A stretch of 62,908 bases of DNA, counting the filler, from Olpidium bornovanus S191 (taxonomy: Eukaryota; Fungi; Olpidiomycota), in assembly GCA_017911155.1 (NCBI GenBank). It is 30 parts of 30 records of this genome, joined end to end, with 100 filler letters (N's around TTAATTAATTAA, not from the genome) between each part and the next. Parts side by side here need not be neighbours in the genome. Positions count along the whole stretch, not along the records: positions 58,683 to 61,155 come from JAEFCI010003435.1; positions 61,256 to 62,908 come from JAEFCI010001760.1; 28 more parts are not named here. One strand, 5' to 3'. A model generated the notes under the pieces. That model was not told the DNA's origin, made no database searches, and saw only the letters and a list, made by a program, of their open reading frames with translations. The position numbers were made by a program, and so were the translations under genes. Numbering within the stretch: position 1 is the first letter of the stretch; each line of letters starts with the position of its first letter. Below, piece by piece: positions 60,586 through 62,908 of this stretch.

Positions 60586-61155
60586 CTCCCATCTGTCGCA
60601 CGAGGTCCCCAAGGTCGTCCCCTTGCGGAATGGCCCCTGTCTGTCCCTTGTGCGATCCTGGGGTACCCCCTGAGGATAACTCGAACGCGGCAGACGCCCC
60701 GAGCACAAATGGCGGCACGCCCTTTTCCGGGGACTGCACCCCCTCACCCTTTTCACTCACAGTCCATTGCTGCGCGGCGCTCGCCTCACTGGTGATACCT
60801 CCAATACGCCGCCACAAACGGTCGCGACGACCCAGGTCCTGTATTACCTTGGTGATCTTTTCCCAGTCTCGCACAAAGTTCTCGCCGTTCCGCAATTTCC
60901 GCGCCGCCTCCGTGCGCAACGGTGCCGGCAGCGCGAGTATTACCCACTCAGTCTTCTCGTAAAAATGCGCCTGCTCACGTTTATCCAGTTGGGCGAACTC
61001 GCGGTCGAACTCGCGGAGAATCGACTCAGGATCTGTTGTCTCCTTCCTTTCGAGTTCCACCCATTCGGCGAACCGCCTGACCGTCATACGAGTCTCATCC
61101 TGCGCGCGAAACACTTCCCGGAGCACCTCCTTGGCTTCCGGCCAAGTGCACAAGG
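60586..61155 (-). pseudogene. Ty3/Gypsy-like gag fragment interrupted by the Copia insertion
   Basis: TWPEAKEVLREVF...ILREFDREFAQL...VILALPAPLR is capsid-like. The frame runs into the LTR at QMG|V. Confidence 0.65.
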
Positions 61156-61255
61156 NNNNNNNNNNNNNNNNNNNNNNNNNNNNNNNNNNNNNNNNNNNNT
61201 TAATTAATTAANNNNNNNNNNNNNNNNNNNNNNNNNNNNNNNNNNNNNNNNNNNN

Positions 61256-62755
61256 CCTGAAGCAACGGCGGCGCCTGATGCCGGCCGAGGCGAAGATCCT
61301 GGTCGATTTCTTCGAGACTGGGAAGCGGAAGCCCGATTACGAAGAGCGGAAGCGCCTGGGCGACCAGCTGAACATGACCCCGAGGGAGGTGCAGGTCTGG
61401 TTTCAGAACCGCCGGGCGAAGGCGAAGAAAGTGGAGCGTTCGACCGCGAACGCCGGCGGCGCCGGCGGGAACGCCTCGTCGCCCGCCGGGCCTGCTTACG
61501 AGACGACGCGGCCCGGCTACACCGCGCCGGGGCCGGCTCCGGCGAGTGAGCATTACCCGGGCAGATCGTCGAAACCGGTACCGTACATGCGAGCTTCTCC
61601 GAGCGAACCGGCTCAGTCTCCGCCGCGTCAGGTACGGGGAGGAGATCTCAAACAAGGAAAGGCGTCGATAAATTTGTTTTTCTCTTTTTTCTTTTCAACT
61701 TTGGGTTCGTCTGACCCAGAGCCCGTTCTTGGCTGACGTGCCACAAAATAAAAAAAGTACATTCACGTGAAAAGGCAACCGGCCGCGACGCGGTCATCAG
61801 CGTTGAGGTTTTTGCTTCCCGCTACGCCGCCGGGCTCGCCGGTAATCTCGAGCGTCGCGCCGCAAACTGCGCACATCGTGAAAATGCCGCCGCAAATGCA
61901 GTCGCAAATGCCGCCGCAAATGCCGCCGGTGCCGCAGTTGGCCGTTCACGCCGAAATGCAAATGCAGCAGTTCCAGCTCGCCCTGGCCCAGCAGCACCAG
62001 CGGGCGGCCGCGCAGGGGGATGTCGCGCCCGCCGGCGTGCCCGCCATCGACTGGGGATTTCCGGGGATCCCAGTCGACGCCGGCGGCCGTCCCGCGCCAT
62101 TGCCGCACGAGATCCTCGCAGACCTGTCAGCGATTCCGCTGAGCGAAGTCGACGCACTGCTGGCGGGCGGGCTTCCGGGGTACGACGAAAACCTCAGGCA
62201 CACCCCTTCTTCCCTCGGTACGCACGGGCAAAGCCCCGGAAAGTATCCCGAATCCGAGATGGACGGTACGAATATACAAGGCTCATTTTTGGTCATTTTT
62301 TTTATGGAACAGCGTGGTATTAAAAAAAATTCTTTTCCCGGCTTGGTTTTCGCCCCGTTTTTTTGCAATGTAACATGGCCGGGAGGAGGTGATGATGGGA
62401 TGGCGTTGAGTGTCCTGTCTCATCCCAATCACGCAACGGCTCATTTTTACTCATTCGTTCCAGTCGACCTGTCAGTGCAGCCGGAAAACAGCAACGACCC
62501 AAACGATGCCGAAATGCCGCTGGACCTGGACACCCTTCTCTCGGACATGAATCTCCTTTTGGCCTCCGACCCGCAAAGGCGCGACGAGAGTATATCTGTC
62601 GATAGCTTCGCAGACGACCTCGCTTTCGGCGCGGAATTCCCCGAGCCGCCGCCGGCGCCGGCGCCGCCGCAGCTGCCGTTTGCTCGCGCGGAGGAGGGGC
62701 CGCCCCTCGAGCTCATGCAAGATCATTTGAACGAACCTTTCGGTGGTGGAAACGG
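61256..62755 (+). CDS. Homeodomain transcription factor (partial at both ends)
   Basis: RRRLMPAEAKILVDFFETGKRKPDYEERKRLGDQLNMTPREVQVWFQNRRAKAKK, followed by P/Q-rich exons. Confidence 0.93.
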
Positions 62756-62908
62756 TGAGCTGAATTCCGCCCGGCCCAACCCCCCCCCCCCCAACTCTAC
62801 CGCCCCGGTACCAAGATTTTTTTTTTTGCGTGTCGAACTCGGGGTTGTCTTTTTTTCGGGCGCGCTTTTTTCGTTTTTGGGGCAGAGGCCGATCCCACAC
62901 ATATTTCC

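Noticed and set aside
1-62908. rRNA, tRNA genes, operons or gene clusters spanning contigs
   Set aside because: No rRNA or tRNA structure was recognised, and neighbourhood across linkers is artificial.

Overview
This is not one continuous locus. It is 30 short contigs (about 1-4.5 kb) joined by 29 artificial 100-bp linkers (N44-TTAATTAATTAA-N44), so adjacency across linkers means nothing. The DNA is GC-rich, intron-rich and full of homopolymers, and comes from a fungus. SSB-type Hsp70, Tim54, Smp3, Adp1 and Sec2 occur together with INTS11 and PUS10, which points to an early-diverging lineage (Olpidium-like is my unverified guess). About 20 mostly partial housekeeping genes are recognisable, plus many LTR-retrotransposon pieces. 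The most interesting biology is in the retroelements. (1) A Ty1/Copia integrase (rve + SH3) is fused in frame to a chromodomain, hidden from the ORF track by one stop codon. (2) Four elements share the half-tRNAiMet primer site GGTTATGAGCCC. Three of them carry GC-rich tandem arrays in the leader: one is ten copies of a fixed-loop hairpin motif, and one resembles the complement of the tRNAiMet D-arm. (3) The fourth has a Ty3/Gypsy-type gag behind that Copia-type primer site. As a technical caveat, 16 of 59 contig ends lie at CATG, and a bacterial oxidoreductase fragment joins fungal DNA exactly at a CATG. That indicates an NlaIII-type digest/re-ligation history and makes apparent horizontal transfer here suspect.
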